DNA from: an uncultured Lachnospiraceae bacterium
Lineage (GTDB): Bacteria; Bacillota; Clostridia; Lachnospirales; Lachnospiraceae
Reading direction: 5' to 3'
Length of the DNA: 64,000 nucleotides
Assembly: GCA_949948735.1 (NCBI GenBank)
Contig: CATLGV010000015.1
Span: forward strand, 17,025-81,024
The notes beneath the pieces were generated by a model. That model did not search any database and had not been told where the DNA came from. It was given only the letters and a program-made list of their open reading frames with translations. Made by a program: the position numbers and the translations under genes. Below are positions 9,520-18,691 of the stretch, piece by piece (position 1 is the first letter of the stretch; each line of letters begins with the position of its first letter).

Positions 9520-10764
9520 ATGTTAGATCATGTGAAGGCAGGGAAACAGATTGCGATGCTCAGAAAAAGCAGGGGATTGACGCAGGAGGATGTCGCAGGA
9601 CGATTAAATATAAGTCCTCAGGCTGTAAGTAAATGGGAAAACGGGCATACGATGCCGGAGCTGTCCCTTCTTGTGGAATTGTCAGAATTGTTAGGGTGCA
9701 CGATAGACCGGCTTCTTTTTCCGGCGCCAACGCCTGCTGCCAACGCCAGCTTTGAGCATATATTGCTGCCATATGCGCCTATAGCGAATTTCACGGGCAC
9801 AAGCTGGCCCCGCAGCATGTCGAAGCCGGCAATTCTGTCCACAATCAAGCTCTTTATGGGACTTGAGACGCGAAGGGATGCAATGAACCAGCAGATCAAT
9901 GATGATACAGAATATATTCTTCAGGGAGCGTTTTCCGGGATCAGCTTTGGCTACTCCTGGGGGTTTGAGGATAACTGGGATGAATGTCTCGCGGTATATG
10001 GACTAGCCTGTGAGCTTCATACAAAAGCGGAATATTCCCAGGAAGCGTTCATTCAGATGGCGACAGACCATATAAACAGTGGTTATCCCGTAATCATTAT
10101 ACCCAGGGAGTATACAGACACAATATTGGCGACAGGATATTCTGACGCTGGAAGGGTTTTGAAGGGAATCTCTTTTTTAGACGGGGATGATGAGAAAAAT
10201 TCTGTCATGTCCTTTGGACAGCTGAAAAGCTTTTCGGAATGGTATGTGAAGGATTCGGAGATGCTTCTTATAAAGCCCGGCGCGAAAACGGCTTCTGTTG
10301 CCGACAAGTGCAGAGAAGCCCTGCAAAAAGGATATACGCTTTTAAGCAATAAAGCGCATTCGTTTGAGGAGCCCCTTGTGGGATATGGGCTGGTTATCTA
10401 TGATAATTGGTGTGAAGAGCTTCAAAAGGAAACAAATCAGGGGCTGACGGATATTGAATGCATGTTTCCGCACATTTTTATACACTATGAAGGCAAGCTC
10501 CGAATAAGACAGTTTCTCGAATGCTGTATGCATCTGATACAGGATATTGATAGCAGCGCTGTCCGGATTGCGGTTTCTAAGTATGAGGAAATCCTGTCCA
10601 TCTGTGAAAAATGCATGCATGAGTTGCTTCCCAAGACGCCTGAAAATGCGGCGGAAGCGCAGGTAAAACGGCAGGCATATATCGGCATTCTGCAAAGATG
10701 CAGGGGACTGGAGGAGGAAGCGCTGGAGGCGTTAAGCGCCCTTTGCGGCCAAAGTGCCTTTTAG
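9520..10764 (+). CDS. XRE-family HTH regulator fused to a long C-terminal domain
   Basis: LRKSRGLTQEDVAGRLNISPQAVSKWENG; about 340 aa further domain of unknown function; AAGGAG RBS. Confidence 0.85.
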   Translation: MLDHVKAGKQIAMLRKSRGLTQEDVAGRLNISPQAVSKWENGHTMPELSLLVELSELLGCTIDRLLFPAPTPAANASFEHILLPYAPIANFTGTSWPRSMSKPAILSTIKLFMGLETRRDAMNQQINDDTEYILQGAFSGISFGYSWGFEDNWDECLAVYGLACELHTKAEYSQEAFIQMATDHINSGYPVIIIPREYTDTILATGYSDAGRVLKGISFLDGDDEKNSVMSFGQLKSFSEWYVKDSEMLLIKPGAKTASVADKCREALQKGYTLLSNKAHSFEEPLVGYGLVIYDNWCEELQKETNQGLTDIECMFPHIFIHYEGKLRIRQFLECCMHLIQDIDSSAVRIAVSKYEEILSICEKCMHELLPKTPENAAEAQVKRQAYIGILQRCRGLEEEALEALSALCGQSAF

Positions 10765-10776
10765 ACAGGAGGAGCG

Positions 10777-10839
10777 TTGAAGGCTAAAATGCTTAATCTG
10801 CAGATTTGTACGCTGAGAAAGGAGTATCGTAAAAAATGA
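10777..10839 (+). pseudogene. Possible 5' stub of an XRE-type gene (20 aa)
   Basis: AGGAGG RBS, TTG start, (M)KAKMLNLQICTLRKEYRKK resembles helix 1 of XRE proteins; stop overlaps next start (ATGA). Confidence 0.35.
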
Positions 10840-11516
10840 AAATACAGATCAGTGACAATTTGATTCAACATTACCTGCAAAATGTCTATTTTATAAACGG
10901 ACACAGCTATGCAGGCAAATCCACAATGGTCAAGCTGCTGGCCCGGCGGTATGATATGATTTGCTGCGGTGAGAATTACCATGATGTATTTCCGCGGAAT
11001 AAGCTGTCACGATGGAAGCAGCCGGGACTGTGCTATTTTGATACCATGAGCGGCTGGCAGGAATGGCTCAATATGACGCCCAGAGAGCATTGGGACTGGA
11101 CGAATCAGGTTTCTGCGGAATGTGTGGAGGTTGAGATTTTGGAGCTGCTCAGGCTGGCTGCGTCCGGGAGGAAGGTCATTGTGGATACCAACATCCCGCC
11201 GGATGTGCTGCGAGGGATTTCCTCGTATAACCGCGTTGCCATTATGCTCTGTGATCCGCCGGATATTTGCGCGACCCGGTTCTTTGACCGGGAGGATCCG
11301 GACAAAAAATTTATGATGGATCAGATTCAGCTTTGCCCTAATCCGGAAGCGACGCTGCAAAACTTTAATTCCTGGGCATTGTATCATCCTCCGGTGGAAA
11401 TCGACTGGGCGCATACAGGATTTTTTACGTATACCCGCTCGGATTTTGAAAATGATACACGGGAGCAAGTGCTGTCGGTGTTGGCAAAGCATTTTGGCCT
11501 GGCGCATGAGGATTAA
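10836..11516 (+). CDS. P-loop nucleoside/small-molecule kinase-like protein
   Basis: INGHSYAGKST Walker A; KVIVD Walker B-like. Confidence 0.75.
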   Translation: MKIQISDNLIQHYLQNVYFINGHSYAGKSTMVKLLARRYDMICCGENYHDVFPRNKLSRWKQPGLCYFDTMSGWQEWLNMTPREHWDWTNQVSAECVEVEILELLRLAASGRKVIVDTNIPPDVLRGISSYNRVAIMLCDPPDICATRFFDREDPDKKFMMDQIQLCPNPEATLQNFNSWALYHPPVEIDWAHTGFFTYTRSDFENDTREQVLSVLAKHFGLAHED

Positions 11517-11579
11517 TACAAAGCCCTTCAATTGCTGCACCTAACAGGAATAATATAAGCAAATTTGAGGAGAGGCTTT

Positions 11580-12518
11580 ATGCGGTTTGCAATTGTTTCG
11601 GATATACATGGAAATTTGCCGGCATTGAATGCCGTAATAGAGGACGCTGAAAAAAACGATATTGACAGCTTTATTTTTGCCGGCGATTACTGCCTTAGTA
11701 ACCCGTATCCGGACGAGTGCATTTCCAGAATCAGGAATCTGGACAATAAATACAGTATTCGGGGGAATGAAGAAAAATATTTGGAAAGATTAATCGGGAA
11801 AGATCCCAATACATGGACGGACGGGCAGATGCAGATATCGTATTATAGCTATCAAAAGATAAGCGCCGGTAATATGGAGTATCTATTGTCCATGCCGGAG
11901 CAGATGAAGCTTGTATATGACGGTATCACCTTGCATCTGGCGCATTCGTCTGAAGAATTTATTGCAGACTGCGAACACAGGGAATGGTCAACCGCTAAAG
12001 CTGCCATGCGGTATAAAGACAGGCGGATAACGCAGGCAGAGCTTCGCCGGGACATACATGGGTATCTGAATGAGGACGCGCAGTTTGGCAGGATTTCAGG
12101 TGAATTGGAAGATGGAATCTACATTTTCGGACATTCCCATATCCAATGGCATTATCGTTCAAAGGACGGCAATAAAATACTGATTAATCCCGGTTCCTGC
12201 GGACTGCCCCTGGATTGCGTAGACGCGGGGCTCCCTTATACTATTCTTGATGCTTCGGATAAAGAGAATATTATTGTAGAGGAAAGACGCGTTCCGTTTC
12301 ATATTGATCAATACATTCAGGCTTTGCGGCAAAGCGATCAATATACCAGGGCAAATGTCTGGAGCAAGGTGATTATAAAGGAATTAAAAACAAAGAGGGA
12401 GCATTTGTACTTTTTCCTGAAGTTTGCGGAGGAATATGCGGTGCAGACAGGCGATACGCAGCGGCCTTTTTCTGTTTCCACATGGGAAAAGGCATATGAG
12501 CTGTGGGATGCGGATTAA
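11580..12518 (+). CDS. Metallophosphoesterase (calcineurin-like)
   Basis: SDIHGN, GD, RGNEE, GHSH, INPGSCG motifs. Confidence 0.92.
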   Translation: MRFAIVSDIHGNLPALNAVIEDAEKNDIDSFIFAGDYCLSNPYPDECISRIRNLDNKYSIRGNEEKYLERLIGKDPNTWTDGQMQISYYSYQKISAGNMEYLLSMPEQMKLVYDGITLHLAHSSEEFIADCEHREWSTAKAAMRYKDRRITQAELRRDIHGYLNEDAQFGRISGELEDGIYIFGHSHIQWHYRSKDGNKILINPGSCGLPLDCVDAGLPYTILDASDKENIIVEERRVPFHIDQYIQALRQSDQYTRANVWSKVIIKELKTKREHLYFFLKFAEEYAVQTGDTQRPFSVSTWEKAYELWDAD

Positions 12519-12535
12519 ATAATGAGGAGAAAGCG

Positions 12536-13237
12536 ATGCATAAGGCTGTTGTGTTTGATATCGGCCAGACACTGGTTGATTACAAAAAACCGATGAACTG
12601 GTCGAAGCTTTACAGACCGGCGTTTGAACAAATCGCGCAAAAATATCATTATCATTTTTCGGAAGCGCATTATCAAAATGCCGGGGATGTGCTTACAAAA
12701 TATAATACGAGAATAAACCCGAGAGACCATGAAGTTTCCTCTGCGCAGATTTTTAAAGAAATATTGCGGGGGATGGATATAGACCCGGATGATATGGAGC
12801 AGGTGAAGGAAAGCTTTTACATGTATTTCCGGCAGGACTGTGTCCTGTTCCCCGATGCCGAACCGACCTTAAAAGGACTTTCCGAAAGAGGAATAAAGCT
12901 GGCGACCTTATCCGATGTGGCATATGGGATGGATAATACTTACGCACTGGCGGATATAGCGCCTGTAATCAGGTATATAGACTATCCCTTTACCTCAAAC
13001 GACACCGGGTACAGGAAATCCTGTACAAAGGGATTGGAAATATTGTGCGAAAAAATGCAGGTAAGCATATCGGATATTGTGTTTACAGGCGATGAGGAAA
13101 AGGATATGGTTTGCGCAAAAAACGCCGGTGCGTACGGGGTCCTTATCAACAGGGATGATGTGCCAAAGCATTACGGACAGGCCCGAACGATACATACTTT
13201 GACAGAGCTGCTTTTGCTATTTGATGCAGGGAAGTGA
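12536..13237 (+). CDS. HAD family hydrolase
   Basis: VVFDIGQTLVD motif I, GDEEKD motif IV. Confidence 0.9.
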   Translation: MHKAVVFDIGQTLVDYKKPMNWSKLYRPAFEQIAQKYHYHFSEAHYQNAGDVLTKYNTRINPRDHEVSSAQIFKEILRGMDIDPDDMEQVKESFYMYFRQDCVLFPDAEPTLKGLSERGIKLATLSDVAYGMDNTYALADIAPVIRYIDYPFTSNDTGYRKSCTKGLEILCEKMQVSISDIVFTGDEEKDMVCAKNAGAYGVLINRDDVPKHYGQARTIHTLTELLLLFDAGK

Positions 13238-13274
13238 ATGAGGGCAGCGGTGGCATTGCGGAAATGGGGGAAGC

Positions 13275-13655
13275 ATGGAATTAAATATTAATTCTCCGGC
13301 TTATTTTGCGGAGCACTATGGCGTTGATGACGAGGTATACAGGTTTTGCCAGAGGGTTTACCAATACTTTAAAGACAAGGCGTACAGCGACACCTTGCAT
13401 ATTATCGGAATAACGCCGGTCGCGGCGCCGCAGGAGCTGTATGAAAACGGCGCATGGAAGGAACGGATACAATTGGTCTCTGATAAAAGCTGTGCCATTA
13501 TAACAATAAGAATGAATTTTGAGGACTATTATAAAGCAGACAGCGACGGGAGAATCGAACAGACCCGCGCAATGCTTCTGGCGGCAGTAAAAAGGGTTTC
13601 ATCCCGGGGGAATTTTGATTACAATAAATTCAAAGAGGATTTTTCGAAAATTTGA
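13275..13655 (+). CDS. Probable orphan immunity protein (Imm44-like)
   Basis: 126 aa; YSDTLHIIGITP...WKER...IRMNFEDY...FDYNKFKED pattern recalled from Imm44 polymorphic-toxin immunity proteins. Confidence 0.55.
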   Translation: MELNINSPAYFAEHYGVDDEVYRFCQRVYQYFKDKAYSDTLHIIGITPVAAPQELYENGAWKERIQLVSDKSCAIITIRMNFEDYYKADSDGRIEQTRAMLLAAVKRVSSRGNFDYNKFKEDFSKI

Positions 13656-13739
13656 CAACGTTCCCGGCCTGCTGTATCTGGCATATGCCGAGAGGGGAAT
13701 GGGGTTAGAATTTAAAAAGGTAATGGAGGTCTTAGACGG

Positions 13740-14351
13740 ATGGACATGTTAAAGCCCATAGAAGCAGAGCAGGAACTGAAAACGGGTGTGCGGTTAAATC
13801 CCGGTCCGTGGGAACAGCATAGCGTCTCGGTTGCACAGAATGCAAGACTTATCGCGGAGAAATCAGCGGTTATGGATTGCGACAGGGCATATGCTATGGG
13901 ACTGCTGCACGATATTGGCCGCAGGGCCGGCGTAAAGGGAATCTTACATATATTTGACGGGTATGATTATATGATGGGCATGGGGCAGGAAGAGATTGCG
14001 CGGATCTGTCTGACGCATTCCTTTCCGATAAAAGATGTGAATACTTTTTTCGGGAAATACGACTGCTCGCCTGAACAGAAAAGCTTTTTGCAGCGATTTT
14101 TGGAAGAGCGGGAATATGACGATTATGATATTCTGATACAGTTATGTGATGCGATTTCATTACCAAACGGCGCATGCATTATGGAAAAGCGCCTGGTGGA
14201 CGTCGCGTTAAGACACGGACTGCCGGATTTTACATTGGATAAGTGGAAGGCCTTTATGAATGCCAAAAAGCATTTTGACGCGTTGTGCGGCTGTAATATT
14301 TACAGCTTCCTGCCCAATGTGCTGGAAAACTCTTCGGTAAATCTCGTTTGA
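13740..14351 (+). CDS. HD domain phosphohydrolase
   Basis: HSVSVA...GLLHDIGR...THSF...LCD. Confidence 0.9.
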   Translation: MDMLKPIEAEQELKTGVRLNPGPWEQHSVSVAQNARLIAEKSAVMDCDRAYAMGLLHDIGRRAGVKGILHIFDGYDYMMGMGQEEIARICLTHSFPIKDVNTFFGKYDCSPEQKSFLQRFLEEREYDDYDILIQLCDAISLPNGACIMEKRLVDVALRHGLPDFTLDKWKAFMNAKKHFDALCGCNIYSFLPNVLENSSVNLV

Positions 14352-14375
14352 GAGGAAAGATTGCGCTTTGCATCA

Positions 14376-14393
14376 TTGTGAACAAATTCACAT
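14376..14393. promoter_or_regulatory. Rex-like palindrome
   Basis: TTGTGAA-CAAA-TTCACAT, one mismatch to TTGTGAANNNNTTCACAA. Confidence 0.45.
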
Positions 14394-14430
14394 TAGACTT
14401 GCAGGCTGTGAAAGAGGCATAGAGGCAAAA

Positions 14431-14637
14431 ATGAGCAAATATGAAGCATTGTGGAATTATATACAGGAAAACGGAGGGGAGCGCCTGAAACTGACCTATG
14501 CCGAAATAGAAAAAATCGCAGGCGTTCCGATAGATCATTCGTTTTTGAACTGTAAAAAAGAACTCCCCCAATATGGCTATAAAGTTGGTAAAATCTCAAT
14601 GAAGGAGCAGACGGTGGCCTTTGAAAAACTGGGGTAA
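14431..14637 (+). CDS. Small hypothetical protein (68 aa, MSKY..L..Y..LTY.EIE family)
   Basis: GAGG RBS; pattern typical of small conserved Firmicute proteins. Confidence 0.7.
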   Translation: MSKYEALWNYIQENGGERLKLTYAEIEKIAGVPIDHSFLNCKKELPQYGYKVGKISMKEQTVAFEKLG

Positions 14638-14642
14638 CCGTT

Positions 14643-15200
14643 TTAATCAGCGTTTCCCTGATTTTTCTTTAGAAGGGCTTTAGCCTCGCCGCACCATTCC
14701 AGATAGGTGCGGTATGTTTTGATTCCAAAGCGTACCGTAAGCAGATAGTATTTGTGTGTGGGATCCGCCTCCAGATGCTCTGTCAGAATATTTTCCGCGT
14801 ACAAAAGATACGGCAGCCTGTTTTCGATTTTCTTTTCAAATGCTTCGATATGAGTCATGGCCTGCGCGGGACCCTTTTCGTTTCCGAAAAACAGCTTTAA
14901 CAGGGTCTCGTAACGAAGCTCGTCCTTTTCGACAGGCAGGGCAAGCCAGTTTTTCAGGTAATCCCGTCCATCGTCAGTTATGGTATAGATGAGCTTTTTT
15001 CTGTTATTTTCGCTGTATTCTTTTTTGGTGGCAAGGCCGCGTGCGACCAAATCACTCAAGGCAGGGTAGATGCTGCCGTAGCTTGCGCCCCAGAAATAGC
15101 TGAGCGCAGTGTCCATCCGCTTTTTAATCTCGTATCCCGTTAAGGCTTCGTGGCTTAACAGGCCCAGGATCACACAGTCAATTTTCTTTTCGTTTGCCAT
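14643..15200 (-). CDS. PadR family transcriptional regulator
   Basis: ILGLL..LTGYEI..FWGASYGSIYPAL..KLIYTITDDGR; start set at MANEKK after AGGAG. Confidence 0.93.
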   Translation of the reverse strand: MANEKKIDCVILGLLSHEALTGYEIKKRMDTALSYFWGASYGSIYPALSDLVARGLATKKEYSENNRKKLIYTITDDGRDYLKNWLALPVEKDELRYETLLKLFFGNEKGPAQAMTHIEAFEKKIENRLPYLLYAENILTEHLEADPTHKYYLLTVRFGIKTYRTYLEWCGEAKALLKKNQGNAD

Positions 15201-15945
15201 AGCCGTTCTCCTTTTTGCTGATAATTCCATAAGACAAGACATTGCGGGAGCAATGGTCAATACACGCGCCGCACTGAATGCATTCCGGATTGGCAATGGT
15301 TCTATTGCCTGCGGCCTCCTGCATAACGTGGATTCCCATCGGACAGACAGTATTGCATTTTCCACAGGAAATACAGTCGTCTGCCGCACAGGCTTTAATA
15401 TGAATACCCGGCAGCTGCAAAAGCCGTCGAAGCTTTGTCCCCGCTATCATAAACGGGGCCATCCAGCAAAAATAATGACAGAAGGCTCTTTTTCCAAACA
15501 GAATGGCGGGAATGAGAATCAGACATACGATCCCATAGTAAATGACGTAGCTTTGCGCAGAGACAGTAGAAATACCATTCTCCGTTTCAAAGAAAAAGTC
15601 AACTGCAGTAACGGTTCCGGTATGAAAATAACAGCAGGCAACGGCGGCAAGCCAAATACCCCATATAATGAATTTTATTAAATTCCGCCATCCCTGCCCG
15701 GGAAGCTTTTCATTGATTGCGAAAGCACATTCCTGCAATCCTCCGGCGGGGCAGAGATAGGAGCAGAATAATCTGCCAAAGGGAATAGAGAGCAGAAACA
15801 GCAAGGAAAATACGATAAAGCTTCCGTTGATGATGCCATTCAACCCTGCATTGAGAACCAGAACCGGGCTGAAGTAATAGAGCGTTACAGGAAACAAGAG
15901 AAGGGATAACAGAAGAATCAGCCTCCGGCGTCGTTGCCTTGTCAT
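15178..15945 (-). CDS. Membrane 4Fe-4S binding protein (NapH/YccM-like)
   Basis: GRLFCSYLCP, KRAFCHYFC, CISCGKCNTVCP, CIQCGACIDHC. Confidence 0.9.
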   Translation of the reverse strand: MTRQRRRRLILLLSLLLFPVTLYYFSPVLVLNAGLNGIINGSFIVFSLLFLLSIPFGRLFCSYLCPAGGLQECAFAINEKLPGQGWRNLIKFIIWGIWLAAVACCYFHTGTVTAVDFFFETENGISTVSAQSYVIYYGIVCLILIPAILFGKRAFCHYFCWMAPFMIAGTKLRRLLQLPGIHIKACAADDCISCGKCNTVCPMGIHVMQEAAGNRTIANPECIQCGACIDHCSRNVLSYGIISKKENGYGKRKEN

Positions 15946-15958
15946 AATAATACCTCCT

Positions 15959-15979
15959 TATATATCAGTCTGATATATA
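15959..15979. promoter_or_regulatory. Perfect palindrome, probable PadR operator
   Basis: TATATATCAG-T-CTGATATATA between the RBS and the minus-strand promoter (TTGACA at 16007-16002) of the 4Fe-4S/padR operon. Confidence 0.75.
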
Positions 15980-16020
15980 TAATGCAATATTTATCCGCGG
16001 ATGTCAATACTTTTGCGGAC

Positions 16021-16049
16021 TTGAAATGTAACAACAAAAGCGTTACAAT
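16021..16049 (+). promoter_or_regulatory. Sigma-A promoter of GNAT gene with overlapping inverted repeat
   Basis: TTGAAA-17 bp-TACAAT; TGTAAC-N9-GTTACA spans the spacer. Confidence 0.6.
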
Positions 16050-16099
16050 GATTCCAATCTCAATTCAGGGAGGAGCGTTAGCAGAAACGGAGGGGAAGC

Positions 16100-16966
16100 A
16101 TGCGTATTTTACATGAAAAAGACAAGGAGGCGCTTCTTAGCTATGTGGGGAAAGAGCCGGAGATGAATCTGTTTTTTATCGGAGATATAGAAAACTTCGG
16201 GATAGAGAGTGAGACGGTTACTGTTTATCTGCACGAGGAGCGGGACAGATGGGATTTTGTGATATTACGATATTACCAGTATTTTCTTTTGTACAGCCGG
16301 TACGATGATTATAATGCGGCGGAGGCGATTGCGTTTCTGCGCGGACAGGAGCCGGACTGCATCAGCGGAAAGACGGTGCTGTTAGAGCGGATTGCGCCCG
16401 CGTTTCCGCAGCGGGCGATTCAGTCAACGTATATGAGCCGCTGCGACCATATGACAGCCATGTCAGATTTGTGCGGCTGTGGAGCAGTTAAATCAGATTC
16501 AGGTAACTGTCAGGATAACGGTACGGAATCCGGCGGGCAGACACAGAAGCTTGTGATTCGCCGGCTGGAAAAGGCGGATGCGGCGGAAGCGGTCAGGCTG
16601 CTGTCTGATATTGAGGAGTTTCAAAAGACTTTTAAAAAGGACGAGCTGGAAGAGCAGATTCAGCATATGGAAAGCGAGATGGAGCAGGGCAGTAAGGCGG
16701 CGATGGGCGGATTTCTGGATGGACGTATGGTATGTACGGCTTCCACCAGCGCGGAAAATTCACAGAGCGCGATGGTCGTAGGAGTTGCCACTGTCAGGGC
16801 GTTTCGGGGGAGAGGTTATGCTTCCGCGGTGGTTGCGGCGTTGTGTCAGGACTGCTTTGCGCGTGGGAAGAAGTATCTTTGCCTGTTTTATGACAATCCT
16901 ACGGCCGGAAAAATCTATAACCGGATAGGCTTTCAGGAGCTGGGCGAATACGGTATGCTCCGCTGA
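16100..16966 (+). CDS. GNAT family acetyltransferase (C-terminal FR47-like GNAT domain)
   Basis: VGVATVRAFRGRGYAS, LFYDNPTAGKIYNRIGF. Confidence 0.9.
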   Translation: MRILHEKDKEALLSYVGKEPEMNLFFIGDIENFGIESETVTVYLHEERDRWDFVILRYYQYFLLYSRYDDYNAAEAIAFLRGQEPDCISGKTVLLERIAPAFPQRAIQSTYMSRCDHMTAMSDLCGCGAVKSDSGNCQDNGTESGGQTQKLVIRRLEKADAAEAVRLLSDIEEFQKTFKKDELEEQIQHMESEMEQGSKAAMGGFLDGRMVCTASTSAENSQSAMVVGVATVRAFRGRGYASAVVAALCQDCFARGKKYLCLFYDNPTAGKIYNRIGFQELGEYGMLR

Positions 16967-17084
16967 GGCGTGCGTCGTGAGCGACGGGCGTGTCGGGAAG
17001 GGCGTGGGAGATGAACTGGTTGATTGTGGTTGACGGCAGTAAAGAGGCACGGTGAGGTGCTATAGGGTAACGGGGAGACAGAGG

Positions 17085-18074
17085 ATGATTTCAGAAAAAG
17101 AATTTCGCAGGCATGCGGAAGCGCTGCTTGATTTTTGCACATACCCGGCAGTCCGGTATAAGGTGTTGTTTTCGCTGCTGGATACGCCGTATCAGGACGA
17201 GGCGCTCTCCGCACTGCGCGGAGAATTTCTCAAAAGCGATATTGTGGAGGAGCTGTATCAGGCGCAGGATCTTCACGGAGGCTGGGGAAAGCTTCGGTCA
17301 AAGGATTATTCTGTGAAAGCCAAGATTCCCACCTCCGGCGTCGGCATTGAGCGTTGTCTTTATATCGGACTTACAGTTGAGGACAGGGATATTCTTTTTA
17401 TGGCCGGCGAATACCTGCAAAGCCTGCTTCTCGGCACGGGAAGCGAAGCGGTCTTTGAGAAAAACGAGCGGGCTCATCCGTGGCAGGATGCGATTGTGTG
17501 CGATTTGATGGAGGCCATTACGCCCAATCATCCGCTGTGCGACGAAACGTACCGCCGATGGCTGTATATTGCGGACCGGGCGTATGAGGACGGCGAGTAT
17601 TCCTATGAGCGGGACAGGGCGGCCCAGCATGAGATATTCCTGACAAAGGAAAACCGGCTGGTGCCCATGCAGAGTGAGCTGCTGCTGAAGAGGCGGCAGG
17701 AAGTACCGGCGTCTCTGGAGAATGCCATGCTGCATCATCTTGGACGGGGAGCATATGAACATGGATATTTTTGGGAGAAAACGCCGGACAGGCTGCCGGA
17801 GAGCTTTGTCCATAAGCAGACAAGGCGGTGGTTTAAGACATTTAACTATATCAATCAGTTCAGAGGCTCTGAGATTTACCTGGCGAATGCGGTGGAATGG
17901 CTTCTCGACAATGCCCGCGGGGACGGGCTGTGGGATTGGGGGCCGCAGGTGAAGGATCCCTGGGGGTATTTTGGCTATTTTTCCTGCAATCGGCATTATG
18001 CGCATAACCGCGTTGTAGATTGTACTATAGAGATTTTGAGCTTTCTAAAGAAATATATTGAAAATAACGGGTAA
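17085..18074 (+). CDS. Hypothetical protein, possibly alpha/alpha-barrel (prenyltransferase-like)
   Basis: Long ORF with GAGG RBS; QDLHGGWG and DGLWDWG resemble QW-type repeats. Confidence 0.6.
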   Translation: MISEKEFRRHAEALLDFCTYPAVRYKVLFSLLDTPYQDEALSALRGEFLKSDIVEELYQAQDLHGGWGKLRSKDYSVKAKIPTSGVGIERCLYIGLTVEDRDILFMAGEYLQSLLLGTGSEAVFEKNERAHPWQDAIVCDLMEAITPNHPLCDETYRRWLYIADRAYEDGEYSYERDRAAQHEIFLTKENRLVPMQSELLLKRRQEVPASLENAMLHHLGRGAYEHGYFWEKTPDRLPESFVHKQTRRWFKTFNYINQFRGSEIYLANAVEWLLDNARGDGLWDWGPQVKDPWGYFGYFSCNRHYAHNRVVDCTIEILSFLKKYIENNG

Positions 18075-18107
18075 TGTTGATGGCCTGAAGAGCGAGGAGG
18101 ACGGGAG

Positions 18108-18617
18108 ATGGAAAACCGCCGATATACAAGAATTGACCTGGTGCGCCGGTATCTGGATGATATGCTGAAGTCGTGTGAGGACAAGGAAACCGGCAGATGC
18201 GGATTCGTGCATCTGTATGGCGTGGGGCAGGCCTGTGCGCTGCTGGCGCTGCGCAGGGGACATGGCAGGGCATACGCGGAGCTGGCCGAAATTGCCGGGA
18301 TGCTCCATGATTACGCCAAATATCGGGATAACGCGGAAGCCGGTCACGCGGAAAAGAGCAGCGCCGCGGCCGGGCAGATACTGGCGGAGGCCGGATGCTT
18401 CACACAGCAGGAGATGGATATGATTTGCACGGCAATCCGCCGGCACAGCGAAAAAGACCGGGTAGACGGCGAACTGGATGAAATCCTGAAGGACGCGGAT
18501 ACGCTGCAGCATTGGCTGCGCAATCCGGTGGAGGAGTATTTTTTTCAAAAGCGCAGGATTCCGCAGCTGATGGAGGAGCTGGAACTGTCGGGGGAGAAGG
18601 ACAATGAATACTACTGA
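18108..18617 (+). CDS. HD domain protein
   Basis: HLYGV...AGMLHDY...HAE...RHS...KDAD. Confidence 0.88.
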   Translation: MENRRYTRIDLVRRYLDDMLKSCEDKETGRCGFVHLYGVGQACALLALRRGHGRAYAELAEIAGMLHDYAKYRDNAEAGHAEKSSAAAGQILAEAGCFTQQEMDMICTAIRRHSEKDRVDGELDEILKDADTLQHWLRNPVEEYFFQKRRIPQLMEELELSGEKDNEYY

Positions 18618-18678
18618 TTTCAGCACGACAGATTTTGACGGATTGACGGACGCCGCGAGGCAGTTTCTGGGAAGATAA
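18604..18678 (+). other. Short ORF / possible gene stub (24 aa) ahead of the Hsp90-like gene
   Basis: GGAGAAGG RBS plus MNTTDFSTTDFDGLTDAARQFLGR*. Confidence 0.3.
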
Positions 18679-18691
18679 GGAGATATAACAT

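Noticed and set aside
7624-18691. Integron attC-like or other conserved spacer repeat between cassettes
   Set aside because: Only weak ...(A/G)TTTG endings near several gene ends (10803, 11563, 13650, 14346); too degenerate to support without motif statistics
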